Positions 27,020 to 40,304 of a stretch of 64,000 bases of DNA are shown here, piece by piece. Source of the stretch: Hypanus sabinus (taxonomy: Eukaryota); assembly GCF_030144855.1 (NCBI RefSeq), contig NC_082706.1, positions 27,156,001 through 27,220,000 on the forward strand, given 5' to 3'. A model generated the notes under the pieces. That model saw nothing but the letters and a program-made list of their open reading frames with translations. It made no database searches and was not told where the DNA came from. The translations under genes and the position numbers were made by a program. Each line of letters opens with the position of its first letter. Positions within the stretch are counted from its first letter, which is position 1.

Positions 27020-27156
27020 NNNNNNNNNNNNNNNNNNNNNNNNNNNNNNNNNNNNNNNNNNNNNNNNNNNNNNNNNNNNNNNNNNNNNNNNNNNNNNNNN
27101 NNNNNNNNNNNNNNNNNNNNNNNNNNNNNNNNNNNNNNNNNNNNNNNNNNNNNNNN
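27020..27156. other. Assembly gap
   Basis: Run of N. Confidence 0.99.
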
Positions 27157-28200
27157 GCTCCGTCTTGGAGCTTACTTCTTGGCAAGGACTCTCCCACCCC
27201 AAGCAATGGCCAATCTCACGACTTCAACACATCTCCTCATCATGGACATCCCGGTCTGGTCATCTGCCTGCTGTGAATCTCTTTATTGCTACCTGACGAC
27301 TGGACATTAGCCGTCTCGACTTCACCACACCTTGTTCCAGTTCCAACCTCATTCCTTCCTAACGCGCTGCTCTCCACTCCTTCCGCACCAATCCTAACCT
27401 TACCATAAAACCCGCTGATAAGAAGAGCGCTGTTGCAGTCTGGCGCACTGACCTCTAACTTGTCGAGGCACAACAAGAACTCGCTGATACTAACTCTTAC
27501 TTACCCCTCGAACATGACTCCTCTAAGAAGCACCAGGCCATTGTCTCCTACACCATCACCAACCCTATCAGCTCTGGGGATCTCCCTTCCACTGCCACAA
27601 ACCTCATAGTTCCCACACTGCGCACTTCCCGTTTCTACCTCCTGCACAAGATCCACAAGTCTGCCTATCCAAGGAGACCATCGTTTCTGTTTGCTTCTGC
27701 CTACCGAAATCATTGCTGCATACCTCGACACTGATATATCCCCTATCGTTCAATCCCTTCTCTCCTATGTTCGTGACGTTTCTCATACTCCGAATTTTTT
27801 CAATGATTTCAAGTTTCCTGGCCCAAACAGTCTTATTTTCACCATCTCCCTATTTACCTTCATCCTCCACCAGGAAGGTCTCAAAGCTCTCCGTTTCTTT
27901 TTGGATTACAGACTCAACCATTTCCCCTCTACCGTCACTCGCTTCCGTCTGCTTCTTACTCATAACAAGTTCTCCTTTGGCTACTCCCACTTCCTTCAAT
28001 CTAAAGGTGTAGCCATGGGCACCCGTTTGGGTCCCAGCTATGCCTACCTTTTTGTTGGCTATGTGGGACCGTCCATGTTCCAAGAATATACTGGTATCCG
28101 TCCCGCACTTTTCCTTCAGTACGTCGACGACTGTATTGGCGCTGCTTCCTGCACGCATGCTGAGCTCGTTGACACTTTTAAGTTCGCCTCCAGCTTCCTT
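27157..28200 (+). mobile_element. Penelope-like element RT fragment
   Basis: LTIKPADK, FYLLHKIHK, FLQSKGVAMGTRLGPSYA, QYVDDCIG. Confidence 0.92.
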
Positions 28201-28409
28201 GCAGTAAGTTTCATTTCATGTCTATAAACTCCTTGCAGTCTGAGTTGAGATTGCTGTTAGTAATGTGACAAGGAGAGGAATTTAACGCAGGAAGAGGTGA
28301 AGTTATATTAACATACAACGGAAAATGTCTCCGAATCATGTCTGTCACCAGCTCCCAAATCAGAACACAATGATGACGACAAAGGAAGTGTCGAGTGAAT
28401 ACAAAACAC

Positions 28410-30440
28410 TATAAGTGGGATATGTCGGAGCATATAGGATGGAGATTGGAAAACTGTCTGAATAGTGTCACAACAACAGCCTCTTATTCAATGTCAGCAG
28501 AACCAAGTAGTTGATCATTGTCCTCAGGAGGAATAAACCGGTGGTCCATGAGCTACTCCTTATCAGGGGATCAAAGGATGAGAGGAACACCAACTTCAAA
28601 TTCCACCGTCTCCGTCTCAGGATCTGTACTGGGCCGAGCACATAAGAGCCATCGTGATGAAAGCACAGCAATGTATTTACTTCCAAAGCTTAGGCATGTT
28701 GACGAAATCTTAAACATTCAGAGAGGAGTACATTGACAGTTTGAATCCCGGACTGATTTAGAGGGATCAACGATCTTGAACTGAAAATCATATAAAATGT
28801 AGTCGATACGCCCAGTCTGTGGTCCGGTCTGTCATGTCCGCGTTCCAGCTTATGTTCCGGTCCGTGGACGCCGGGCTCCGGGTCTACCGGCGTTCCTTTC
28901 TTTCATTTGGGCATATTCGCAGTCACCTGATTCTCGTTAATGGGCCGGGAAAGTAAGTGGCCCTGGGTTCGAGGCTGGTTGTTGGTTCGTCTTGTCTGTA
29001 TCATGTCCTTGCCTCTGTGTGGGTTTGTCCCGTGGGTATCCTGCCCTAGTCTCCGTCGGGTAAGTCAGGCCATACTTGCCATGACCTTACAGTGGGATCT
29101 GTCCCTCCCGGTCCATGCCTCCGTTGGGTAAGTCAGGGCGTAATTGCCGGTACCCTGAGGCCGAACTGTTCCATTCCTTCCCTCCGAAGCACTGCCTGCA
29201 AACTCCGCCTGAAACTCTGCCTGCAACCTGTGCCTGCAGCCTTGCCCTGCAGCCTGTGACAGGGGCATCCACTTGTCTCCGCCAGGAGCCTTGCCTTGCC
29301 TCGCCATGCCTCGCCTGGAGCATTGCCTCGCCTGGATTCTAGACTTGCCTCGCATTGCCTCGGTCTGCAGCCTTAACTCGTTTGGCCTTAGCGTGCAGCC
29401 TTGCCTCTGCCTGGAGTCTTGCTTCGCCTTGACTATGTCTGGAGCCTTGCCTCGCCTTGACTGCATCTGGACCCTGGGCCTGTTTGTAACTATCTATCCG
29501 TGTCCACACCTTCGCTAGATTGGTCCGGCCAGTCTGCTGCTACCTCGCGTTAAGAACTGCCTCGTGGTGTTCAGCCTTCTTTGTAATGAGTCCCGGCCCT
29601 ACATCCTGTGTCCCAGGAGCGGTCCCAGCTCTGTGATTTGTATAATATGTCCCGGCCATAAGTCCTATACCCAAGGAGGGGTCCCGGCTCTGTGTTTTGT
29701 ATAATTTGTCCCGGCCATAAGTCCTGTACCCAAGGAGGGGTCCCGGCTCGCTGACTCATGTTCCTGTCTCTCCCTCGACTCTGTGTCTGCGTTCCTGTTC
29801 TCCCTCGACCAGGGCTCTGTGTTCTGTCTTGTTGATGTACCTCTCCCAGCTCGGTGCTGGGATTCCCTCGTCCTGTGCTGGTGTTCCCTTGTCCTGTCCA
29901 GGAGTCTCAATTCCAGTCCTGTTGCTTCTCCTCGTCCTGTAGCCATGTCTTGTCCTCGCCTGTTTCTGGAGTCCGAGCCCGACTCAAGACCCAGGTTCCG
30001 GGTCCGTGTCCAGTCTCCGGCTCAGAGTCCAAGCCCAGGCTTCACGTTCCGAGTTCCTTGTCCTGGTTCCGCTAACCTCGTCAAGACCTAGCCCAGGCCC
30101 GAAGTTCTTGTCTTGTCCGGGGCCTGTCTGGTGTTCAGCGTCCTTGCTTCCTCTCTTCCCTTGCTTACTTCTCACGTCTGGTCCTGTTCCTGGTAGTTCA
30201 GTGTCTGTGTCTTGCTATTGGGTCAACTCCCAACGTCCACCCGTATGACAGGTACCAATACTGGTACAACACTTACCTTCACGAACATCTTCTTCCATCA
30301 ACAAGGCCATCCGCCGTACCGGGCTTGCTCTTCTCCGGCTGCTGCCATCAGGAATTACGCTTCAGGAACCTTAGGATCCACACCGTCAGGTTCAGGGACA
30401 GTTATTCCATCGAAATCATCATGCTCTTGAATTAGAGGGG
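28410..30440 (+). mobile_element. Rex1/Babar LINE 3' fragment split by an insertion at ~28818-30250
   Basis: NNSLLFNVSRTK*LII (cf. NNL.LNV.KTKELI). Resumes at ~30251 with LLPSG..T.RFRDSY. Confidence 0.7.
28818..30250. mobile_element. Probable solo LTR (TG...CA) with internal tandem repeats
   Basis: Interrupts Rex1; starts tgtgg and ends tatgaca; CCTTG/CCTCG-rich arrays and ~59-bp units at ~29590-29750; no convincing ORF. Confidence 0.55.
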
Positions 30441-30819
30441 ACAACTTCACTCAAATCCACTCGCTCCATCACTGAACTTTTCTCACAGCATATTAACTCA
30501 TTTTACCAATGACTCATCAAGGGTTCTTCATATAATGTTATTGACATTTACTACTTATGACTTATTTATTTGTCATCAGCTGTACGCCATTGCCTGTTCG
30601 CTAACTGTCATGCCCAGACCTAGCTCCAGACGTGCATTGGCGATCCCCAAACAGTGTCCGTATCTCTCTCTACTGTCGATATATCTCTATCCCGAAAGCT
30701 GCGAAAGCATTTTGCTCACTGTTCTTTCAACTAGATTTTACTGTAACCTTCCCTAACATGGAGAGCAGACGCTGAACAGACACTCCTTTAGTCTCGGTAC
30801 AGATTTGACAGCATCAGTG

Positions 30820-31531
30820 TTATTATTATTTGGCAATTTAATTTTTCTCCTCAAACTGTGAAAACATGAGGTACAGGCAGAGCGAAGCAGGTTCCTCTGT
30901 CAATTGGTGGAAACTTTCAGACTATTATGGTCGTGTTTCGTATTGTGCTTTTCTGACGACTTGCAAAGGTATTAGTGTGTGGCTCTTACTGTTTGTGGTG
31001 ATATCAGTTGTGTTATTGCAATCGGGGCAAAGTGTTTCAATTTTCTATTATAATTCTAAATATTACTGGATGTATCTCTTTTTAATTCCTGTATGTTATG
31101 TGTTTGAAATGGTTGTACCTGTTAAGCTTCGGACCTGTATTGCTACAAGGAACCCTTTTGTTTCTTGAAAGATGTATCCAATTCTGAGTCAGGCGTCCGA
31201 AATTTCCTTGCTGGCATATAAATTGCGCAGATCGTGGGAAATGCTTCAATGCAGAGTTCGGTCCTTCCATTTTCTTCAATGGTGATGATGCTTTCATTAT
31301 TTTCTGGAATATGCTGTTATGAAGGTTTACTGATGTATACTTCGTATTAGAATTGATTAAGTTTGCACAGAATGTTAATTCATGCTTTCGTTGATGAAAG
31401 TATATCCTTTGAAGTTTTATCTGGCAATTGTGTAGATTGTAGTAATCTTTTATTCCACTTTCCCCTACTGTCCCAGGTATCGTTCATCTAAGTGCATATG
31501 AAAGAACATGTTTTCTGAAAATTGTCATTAC
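30820..31531 (-). mobile_element. R4/Dong-clade non-LTR retrotransposon 3' fragment, copy 2
   Basis: GYIFQETKGFLVAIQ, C-terminal QKSTIRNTTIIV*KF, and (AAT)n tail at 30820-30831. Confidence 0.8.
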
Positions 31532-31781
31532 NNNNNNNNNNNNNNNNNNNNNNNNNNNNNNNNNNNNNNNNNNNNNNNNNNNNNNNNNNNNNNNNNNNNN
31601 NNNNNNNNNNNNNNNNNNNNNNNNNNNNNNNNNNNNNNNNNNNNNNNNNNNNNNNNNNNNNNNNNNNNNNNNNNNNNNNNNNNNNNNNNNNNNNNNNNNN
31701 NNNNNNNNNNNNNNNNNNNNNNNNNNNNNNNNNNNNNNNNNNNNNNNNNNNNNNNNNNNNNNNNNNNNNNNNNNNNNNNNN
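31532..31781. other. Assembly gap
   Basis: Run of N. Confidence 0.99.
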
Positions 31782-32760
31782 TTATCATCATCACCATCAT
31801 CATTTTTGATATTATGTAGCAATTTATTCGTTCCCTGCTCAAGCCTGGCATGCTCATTGCATACGAACTTTCGGACTATTCTCTGTCGTGTTCAGTATTA
31901 TGGCTTTCTTATGATTACTGTGTCGGCCTAATTGTTTGATGCCCTTGTGTAGTAACCTTTGGATGATACCAGTTGCTGTTACTTTCGGGAAAATCTATAT
32001 CCGGTTCTTGGTCCAAAGGGTTTCAATTTACTCTTTAAATTCAGCATATTTCTGTTGTTTTGCACGTTAAGTCCCGACGGTGTTTGGAAGGATTATATCT
32101 CTCAATTAATTTCTTTATCCTTGTTTATCTGTTGATATTACTTTCGGACGGTTAATATCCATTTTCCCATCTATAACAAATGATCGGTCCTGTTATATTT
32201 TCTGGTATTCGCACTCTAAATCTGGATTAGGTTTATACATAATAAGGTGTAATTTCTTCTGTGAATTTGTATTTTAAAGCAAGATTTTGATTAATATTTT
32301 TCCCAATCGATAGTGCCACTGCAAGTAATCAGATTTTATTAAACCCCTTCAGAACCACGGAATGAGTCGAACTGTTTCTAGGGCTTTTTTCGGCATTTTC
32401 TACATTAAATAACTTGATTTTGTTGTTCCTTTAGATTGTATTTTTGATTTCTATTTGTTAACCATCCAGTTACTTATTGACACCAGGAACCATTCTGTCT
32501 CTGGGAAGAGGCCTCCAACACTGAGACAGGCGATCGACGTTTCATTGTCGACATCCAGTGTGTTTAGATGGTGCGGAAGGTCTAAATGAGGAGGGTCATG
32601 TTCTTCCATTGGCTAACCTTTTCTTCAATACTGATAATGTCTTCTTATATCAGGCTTGTGTTCTTATTTAGGTTTCGTGGCATATACGTTTTGGTCAGAA
32701 GTCGATATGGTTGTGAGCAGTATTGATTCCTGGTTTCGTTCATAAAAGTATACCGTTAGA
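31782..32760 (-). mobile_element. R4/Dong-clade non-LTR retrotransposon 3' fragment, copy 1
   Basis: GGLFPETEWFLVSI, YKPNPDLE, NRPKVI (cf. RLE motif NRPDII), KQQKYAE, KAIILNTT/IVRKF; ends in (GAT)n next to the gap. Confidence 0.85.
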
Positions 32761-32929
32761 ATTTTTATCTGGCGGTTGTCTAGAAACGATGGTTGCTATT
32801 TTTCCCCACATTCTGGCCCAGGTGGTGTTACTCGAAGAGCAGTCAAATATACATAATGTTTTAAGAAATTTGTACTTTCATTTTTGTTGTTTTCATTTAG
32901 TAAATTGTCTAGTGAGTTTCGAAACAAGA

Positions 32930-33230
32930 CATTATACCAAAAGATTACATAAACATAGGGGCAGTGAACTGCATTGATTTATGGGTACGTCTGAGCCAAA
33001 TTCTACGATTAACAGTGCATGTTGATGAAGATATGTGAAGAGCCCAGGCTTTTTTCTTGTTCGTCAATTTAACAGCAGAAGAAGAGGTCATAGGTTTTCT
33101 GTTCTGGCTTTGAAGACTGAGCGCGCACTCGTCACAAGTACAACAGAAAGTGTCGCGGCTGTTCCAACATTGGGTAGACAATTTGCTATCACAAATATTT
33201 CAAAAAATTCAATTACTTCATGATCATGAC
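32930..33230 (-). mobile_element. Possible hAT transposase C-terminal dimerisation-domain remnant
   Basis: CLPNVGTAATLSVVLVTSARS/SK..KTY..EQEK resembles LPNV.IALR..LPVT.AS.ERSFSKLK.IKTYLRSTM.QER. Confidence 0.4.
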
Positions 33231-33304
33231 TACACACAACGTGCCGTGCGTGTGAAGCGTGCACATCAAAGCGATGGCAAACAGATACAACTGTTAAAGC
33301 TTAC

Positions 33305-33589
33305 TTCGTGCACAATATTTTAAGTAACTTTAAGTTTGAATTTAAACAAGACATAAATAGTACGTAACCGGGGTATGGCGATGATTTCCATGGCCATCAG
33401 TACAAAATCCAAAAGATGCACCCACAGGTATTCAGTAAACAAAACTATTTTTGTCTACCGTTATTGAGCTGCTTTACCTGCTTGTTCAACTGCCATGTCC
33501 GAAAACCCTAACACCTTCATATTGTATACACTTTCCTTTGTTCTCAGTGTCCACTCTATTTCCCTTAGGAAGTACGCCTTGACATTTAG
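33305..33589 (-). pseudogene. FN3-like module split over two exon remnants (33589-33478, ~33426-33305)
   Basis: Open frame LNVKAYFLREIEWTLRTKESVYNMKVLGF.. ending at GTAAAG; then DFVLMAMEIIAIPRLRTIYVL.. ending at GTAAGC. Confidence 0.45.
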
Positions 33590-34002
33590 CTTGCACAAAA
33601 ACAGAAAGAAGTAGTTTCAAAATCTGCCATAAGACCATAATATCATCAGATATTGGAACAGAATTAGACTATTCTTGCCATCAGGCCTACATTGCCATTT
33701 CACAGTGGCTGAATTATTATTTTTTTCGGTCTCATTCTCTTGAGATCTGTCCGTATCCTTTGACGCTCGAATTAATCGAGAACCTATCAAACTCTACTTA
33801 ATGTATACCCCATGCCTTTGCCACGCAAATCATCTGCAGCACTGAATTCCGCCAATTCACCAGCCTGTGGTTAAAATAGTTCCTTATCATCTCTGTTCCA
33901 AATGGATATCCCTTTATTCTGATGCTGAGTTTGGTTTAAAAATGAAAGCACCTCAATTGCTTTTCATGTGGAATGACCACTTGTGGACTAACAGTAAATT
34001 AC

Positions 34003-34912
34003 TATTGTAAATCATCCATAGTTATCACAGTTCATGAAAATTTCAATAAGGTTTCCAACTCATTCCCAAACCCAGTATATATTCCTACTTGGATATGTGA
34101 TTCTTCAGCAACTCAGGACCTTAGTTTGAGCCCCATTGTTGCTATAAATTAAGGATTGTTTTCGAGCTAATACAAATGATTACTGATATAATACAGTACG
34201 GGTACTAACCCAGTTATTGGAACTATCCCATAAAACAAACAGTAACTTTGCTTTAAAGATATGGGTATCTTTTTATGGGTAACTGTTCTCTTCACAATTG
34301 GTACGCTTCTGTGTATACAATAGCATTTCAGCCTAGTGAAAGGAAATTGTTCATTTAAAAATAGGAAAAATAATATATACAAATTTAGTTTTCATGGTAA
34401 ACATTTATGTTCAATATGGGTATGTCGCTGACCATATATATGCTCATCAATATTTACAATATTAATATAAATAAGTATTTACATTATTTACAATATTTGG
34501 TTCATCAATATTTACATCATGGGAAAAAAAGACGACAGGGATGCCGTCAGTGCAGCCTTCAATGACAAACAAAATTAACAACATTTGCCCCATAGGATTC
34601 ATGTCCTCAATTCCCCGCCTATGTATTATTCTCTCTAAATGTTTTTGTGTTTTTTTTACAAATTGCAACTTCAGCAGTTTTCTACCCATTCCTTACTTCT
34701 AGGTACATCCGACACTCTGTCGATAAAATTATTGCCACGTGGATCTGTGTTTCTTCTATTCAATGCCCATATCCACTATAGATCCTAAAGCCCATAGTGT
34801 TTCGCTTTTCTCTTTGACCATCCATCCAATTGATATTTTATTAAATTTCTACACAACACTTTTCAGCCTCCGATACTCCGACGAAATCAGTTTAACAAAG
34901 TCCAAACTTTGC
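34003..34912 (-). pseudogene. VWA module C, three exon remnants (34912-~34520, 34332-34210, 34141-~34003)
   Basis: MVKEKSETLWALGSIVDMGI..ETQIHVAII..VSDVPRSKEW...YIGGELRT (cf. QYSDDPRTEF...YKGGNTRTG). An AG..GTTAGT exon gives ...SLKQSYCLFYGI. The last exon gives LRS*VAEESHI...ELETLL. Confidence 0.65.
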
Positions 34913-34939
34913 CTGTGAATAATAATCTCTCATTGATCC

Positions 34940-35194
34940 GCATTCAAGTGAATTCGTTAGCCATTTGGTCATTGTCATATGTGTTCCTTATAATTCAGCA
35001 AACCGATGTCCAAAATGTATTCCAAATGTTGATTATACAATTTTAAGTACCGGTAGCATCACTTCCTAATCCAGCATCATTTCATACTGTATTGATTATA
35101 TATCCATGTACACGTGTTGTCACTAAGTGCAGTATGTTTCCAATTTAAGTGCAAAATATAAAGCACTTCGCACAAGATGAATAGCCAGTAACAA
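34940..35194 (-). pseudogene. FN3-like exon remnant
   Basis: Acceptor ctccttccag, then VVTG/LFILCEVLYILHLNWKH...LGSDAT/LKLYNQTFGIHFGHRFAEL*G. Confidence 0.6.
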
Positions 35195-35474
35195 CTGGAA
35201 GGAGCGAAAGGACATATTATGTAGCAAAAGTGAGTGCGAAGTTGCAAAATTTGGGATTTTTTTTTAAAATCCAACAAATGACAAGTGAAAAAGCCATAAG
35301 TAGAGTAAAGATGAAATATGAGGGCCAACTAGCAAATGCTATCAAACAGGATAAAAAATGTTTTGTTTTCAGTTATATAAAGATTAAAAGAGAGGTGAGA
35401 GCTGGTGGTACTGGACCAGTATAGAATGATTCTGTTGAGATATTAATCCCTGTGGAAGTAAGGGGTTAATAAGC

Positions 35475-38400
35475 TGTTACGTACCCGTGGTTGTCTTGTA
35501 CTTGTCACGTGACAGTGGTACTGAAGCTATACTGCACTTAAGGTAGTGGTCTTGTGATGGTGGAGTGACGTCATTTTCCTGCCAGTACAGGTCATGTGAC
35601 ACGTTTTTTTTTTAACAGGGTATAAAAGGAGGACCCCTCCCTGTGAGGGCAGTTCGTGGCTGGATTTTCCATTTTGACTTCGTGCCACTGCGTGGCCCAA
35701 TATTATGACGCAGTTTGGTTCAAAGATGGAGTTTTATTTAATGCCTAAAGTTTAAAAGGTCCTTGCCGGCAGTTTGTTTAAAATACTGCCAGTTAAAATT
35801 CAGTGGAGAGTGATGATCGAATTTCGGGAGATAAAAGATCGAGGAAAGTCGATTTAACGGTGGAACAGGTTCGACCTTGTTTGATCATCATTCGGAAGGA
35901 TTTCGTTGGCTGTCACTATGTTAATCCCTGCAAAATATAGCTGAAAGTGTTTGGGTACAGTTTTGTCGAGGAAAGGTCAGTGCCTTTAAGCCGTTTCATT
36001 TTCGCCTTCGTAAAGTCTCCGGGGGAAAGTATAGTTCGACTAGGAACCGCAACAACACGACGTGAAGAGAATTTAAATCGTCAAAAAAGTCTCTCCTTTA
36101 ATGGACTGTAAGCATTTTGAAGTTTTGCAGTACTACTTTGAAGAACTGTTTTTGCAACATCGCTTTAAGAACTGTTTAAGCTTTATTGTTTTTAGAACTG
36201 TTTAAGCTGCCGCACAACAGCTGATTTCCGGTTACATTAATTGTTTGTTTACTTTTCGAGGTTTGTTTTTCAGTATTTAATAAACGTTTTGTTTATTGTA
36301 AAAACCCTGCCTCACTTATATATTGTTGCTGAATCCGTAACATAAATATGGGTGCGCATCCGGGATCAACCATTTTTGAGTTTAAATGCTTGTTAAATTT
36401 TGAATCGGTGTTTTGGAAAAGGGGAATACTTGATTCTTTTGTTTGATAAGCATTTGAGTGGTATTCGGCAAGAATGAATATTGATGAGTTTCTGGCTTCG
36501 CCAGACGCGGAGTTATTAGTGACGGCGAAAAATACCTGAGGTGTCTGAGATAACTAGTAAATTGCAACTTAAAGGTATTTTGAAGTCGACATCGAAGGCA
36601 GAGTAAAATCGCGTCACACTCTGTAGATTCGGGTGATCTTGATGAATCGATTTTAGAGTTGTTTCCAATAAGTAATCTGGAGATGCAGTTGCAAATCGAA
36701 CAAATGAAGTTGGAGCGCTGTAGGTTAGAAGCTGAAAGTAAACAAAGGGAATTTGAATATGCGATGGCGGAATTAAGGTCTGAGAATCAGTCTTCTGGTT
36801 CTAGAAAACCGTTTGTTGCTAGTCAAGAAATTAAATTGGTCCCTCCATTTAGTGAAACAGATGTGGAGAGATATTTCCAACATTTTTAAACAATTGCTCA
36901 GATTTCAGAGTGGCCGAAAGATAAATGGGCAGTGTTGTTACTAGGTGTAATTAAAGGCAAAGCAGAACAAATTTATACAGCTTTAACTACGGCGCACGCA
37001 CTAGATTATGATATTGTGAAATAGCATATTTTGAAACCACACAAATTGTTCCCAGAATCGTATAGAAAAAGATCCATAAGTTTGAAGAAGTCTGTGGAAA
37101 AAAACTTATGTGGAATTTGCCGATGATAAAGCTGTCTGTTTTGAGAGATGGGTTTCCTCTAAAAATGAAAATGGGGGCTATAATACTTTGAAAGAGCTGA
37201 TTTTAATTGAGGAATTTAAAAGAAGCATCCCTGTTGAAGTAAGTACTTATATAAATGAGAGGAATTCTGATAGGGATCGAGCAGGACTCTGCTAGATTAG
37301 ATGATGAGTATGTTTTAATTCATAAGAATAAATTTCCTCCGGACAGAATTTTTAAGAGGAAAAATAACACAGAGACTCAAGGTAAATCAGAAATTAAATC
37401 AGAGGTTAATGAGAAAGTTAAGAAGGAAGGAAAACCTGTGAAGGGAAGACAGTTTGGTCCTATTTGTAACTATTGTAAGAAACCTGGCCATGTAATAGCT
37501 AACTGTTTCTGATTGAAAAAGAAAGAAAAGGAAGCAGTCCCAGATGCTTGTGTGCAACATATTGAAGAACCTGTAAAATTACAGGGTTCCATAAACACAG
37601 ATTAGGTTGTGGTAGAGTCTGACCAAGTGAAAAAGGGATATGATCATTTTATAACTAAAGGGTTTGTATCCTTGACTCCAGATCGTAGAAGGCCAACACA
37701 ACTTTGCCATATAAATATGATAAGACCATATTATGAGAAACAGTCTGTTACTGTGACTGTTGAGGTTAATGATAATGAATTTGATTTAACTAGGAACATG
37801 ATAGATGATTCATCTGAATTTCATTCTAATTCCAACATTGTTTCCGTCAGGTTACCAAAATCAACCATTCTGGAACATATTGATGAGAAAGTAGCACATT
37901 TACAGGCAGAGCAGAAAGAGCAGATGAAGAAATTATTTCTTAAATATTAGAATCTGTTTCCAGACGTTCCGAGAAGGACTACTATAGCTTCACATGATAC
38001 AGATTTTGAAGGTGCCAAACCTATTAAGCAACACTCATTTAGGAGAAACATAGAAAAATGAGAACTTGCTGAGAAAGAAATTAAATACATGTTAGAGAAT
38101 AATATTATTAGATCTTCTAACTCGAATTGGAGTTCACCTTGTGTTATGGTGTCAAAACCAGATGGTAGTATTAGGATTTGTACGGACTAAAGGAAGGTGA
38201 ATGCTGTAACGAAAACAGATGCATATCCAATTCCTAGATGATTGTGTAGATAAAGTTGGAAAAGCAAAGTCCTTACAAAGATTGATTTATTGAAAGGGTA
38301 TTGGTGTGTTCCACTAACAGACAGAGGTAGAGAGATTTCTGCATTTGAAATTCCGTCTGGGCTATATGAATATAATTTTCTTCTATTTGGGATGAAGAAT

Positions 38401-40304
38401 GCCCCAGGTGCTTTCCAGAGGATGAATAACTCTGTGATTCAGTGATTGAAAGACACTGATGCTTATATTAATGATTTGTTGAAAGGAAATGATACTTGGG
38501 AAGCACACATTATTCCGGTGGAGAAATTGTTTTAAAGGCTTTCAAAAGCTAACAACTATTAATTCAGCTAACAGTGAATTCGGACTTGCCACTGTGACTT
38601 ACCATGGTTCTGTTGTGGGTCAAGGTAAGGTAGCTCCTGTACAGGCAAAAGTTCGGGCAATTTTAGAGATTCCCACTCCAACGGGGAAAAAAACTCCAAG
38701 AAGATTCTTGGAAATGGTAGGATATTATCGACATTTTGTAAGAATTTTGCTAATGTTGCCCTTCCATTAACTAACCTTTTGCAGAAGAATGTGGACAGTG
38801 CCTTGTCAAGAAGCATTTGAGAAATTGAAAAAAATGAAATGTCAACAACCTGTGCTTAAGGCACCTGATTTTGAAAAACCTTTTTCATTAGCTATAGAAG
38901 CTAGCGATGAGGCTGCAGGAGCAATATTAATTCAAAGGAATGAGGGTGATGAGGTTGAACATCCAGCAGCTTACTTTTCTAAGAAATTTAATAAGCATCA
39001 AGGAAACTATTCGACAATAGAGAAGGAATGGTTATCTCTTGTTTTAGCTTTAGAACATTTTGACGTTTTTGTTGGTACAACTCAAAAACCACTGATTGTT
39101 AACACTGATCATAATCCGTTATGGATTCTGAGTAAGATGAAAAACAAAAACAGAAGTTTATTAAATTGGAATTTGATGCTACAAGAGTAAAATATTGTGA
39201 TAACTCATATTAAAGGTAAAGATAATGTAGTTGCTGATAGTCTACCTCGATGTTGAATGAACAATGTAATTTTTTATGGAGTGGTTTTTAACAATTGTAA
39301 CACTCCTACTGTATTGTAAGTTGTAAGATCTTATATGATGATACTAGCTATACTGTGCATGTTATAAAACTTATGTATTTGTTTCTTTTTTCCTTGTAAA
39401 TAATTGTTAAAATTTTGTTCTTGACAGACCAATTTTATTTTTGGGGGGAGGTATTACATACCCTTGGTATCTTGTACCTGTTACGTGACAGTGGTGTTGA
39501 AGCTATGTTGGGCTTAAGATACTTGTGATGGTGGAGTGACGTCATTTTCCCGCCAGTAGAGGTCATTGGACAGGTTTTTCTTACAGGGTATCAAAGCTGG
39601 ACCCCTCCCTGTGAGGAGGGCCAGTTCGTAGCTGGATTTGCCATTTTGACTCCATGCCAATGCGTGGTCCAATATTATGACGCAGATGGAGTTTTATTTA
39701 ATTCCTAAAGTTTAAAGGTCATTGCCGGCAGTTTATTTACAATACTGCCAGTTAAAAATCAGTGGAGAGTGAAGATCGGATTTCGGGAGCTAAAAGATCG
39801 AGGAAAGTCGATTTCGACGGCGGAACAGGTTCGACCTTGTTTGATCTTCATTCAGAAGGAATTCGTTGGCCGTCCCCATGTTAATCCGGCGAAACATAGC
39901 AGAAAGGGTTTGGGTACCGTTTTGTCAAGGAAAGGTCAGTGCCTTTAAGCCGTTTCATTTTCATCTTCGTAAATTCTCCGGGGAAAAGTATAGTTCGACT
40001 GGGAACCGCAACAACACGACGTGAAGAGAATTTAACTCGTCTAAAAAGTCTCTCCTTTAATGGACTGTAAGCATTTTGAACTTTTGCAGTACTACTTTGA
40101 AGAACTGTTTTTGCAACATCGCTTTAAGGACTGTTTAAGCTTTATTGCTTTAAGAATAATTTAAGCTGCCGCACAGCAGCTGCTTTCCGGTTGCGTTAGT
40201 TGTTTGTTTGCTATTGGGGGTTTGTTTTTCAGTGTTTATTAAACGTTTGGTTTTCATAAAAACCCTGCCTCACTTATATATTTATTGTTGCTGAATCCGT
40301 AACA
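35475..40304 (+). mobile_element. Gmr1-type Ty3/Gypsy LTR retrotransposon, internally deleted. LTRs 35475-36342 and 39452-40304
   Basis: Highly similar LTRs (TGTTAC..GTAACA); flanks aagc/aagt; PBS tgggtgcgcatccgggat (tRNA-Pro-like, 36349-36366); PPT ggggggagg. Gag LVPPFSETDVERYF and CNYCKKPGHVIANC; integrase tail placed before RT-RNase H. Confidence 0.93.

Noticed and set aside
28210-28400. Possible additional exon of the collagen-like pseudogene
   Set aside because: No convincing domain pattern or splice sites in any frame.
29580-29760. Regularly spaced repeats resembling CRISPR
   Set aside because: Contiguous tandem units with no unique spacers, in a eukaryotic context.
31484-31857. ORFs spanning N runs (also 26735-27206)
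   Set aside because: Artefacts of assembly gaps.
33478-33589. Alternative frame AKCQGVLPKGNRVDTENKG as a second Cys/Pro-collagen start
   Set aside because: That frame contains a stop; the open frame gives an FN3 pattern. Not fully excluded, and it would imply two gene copies.
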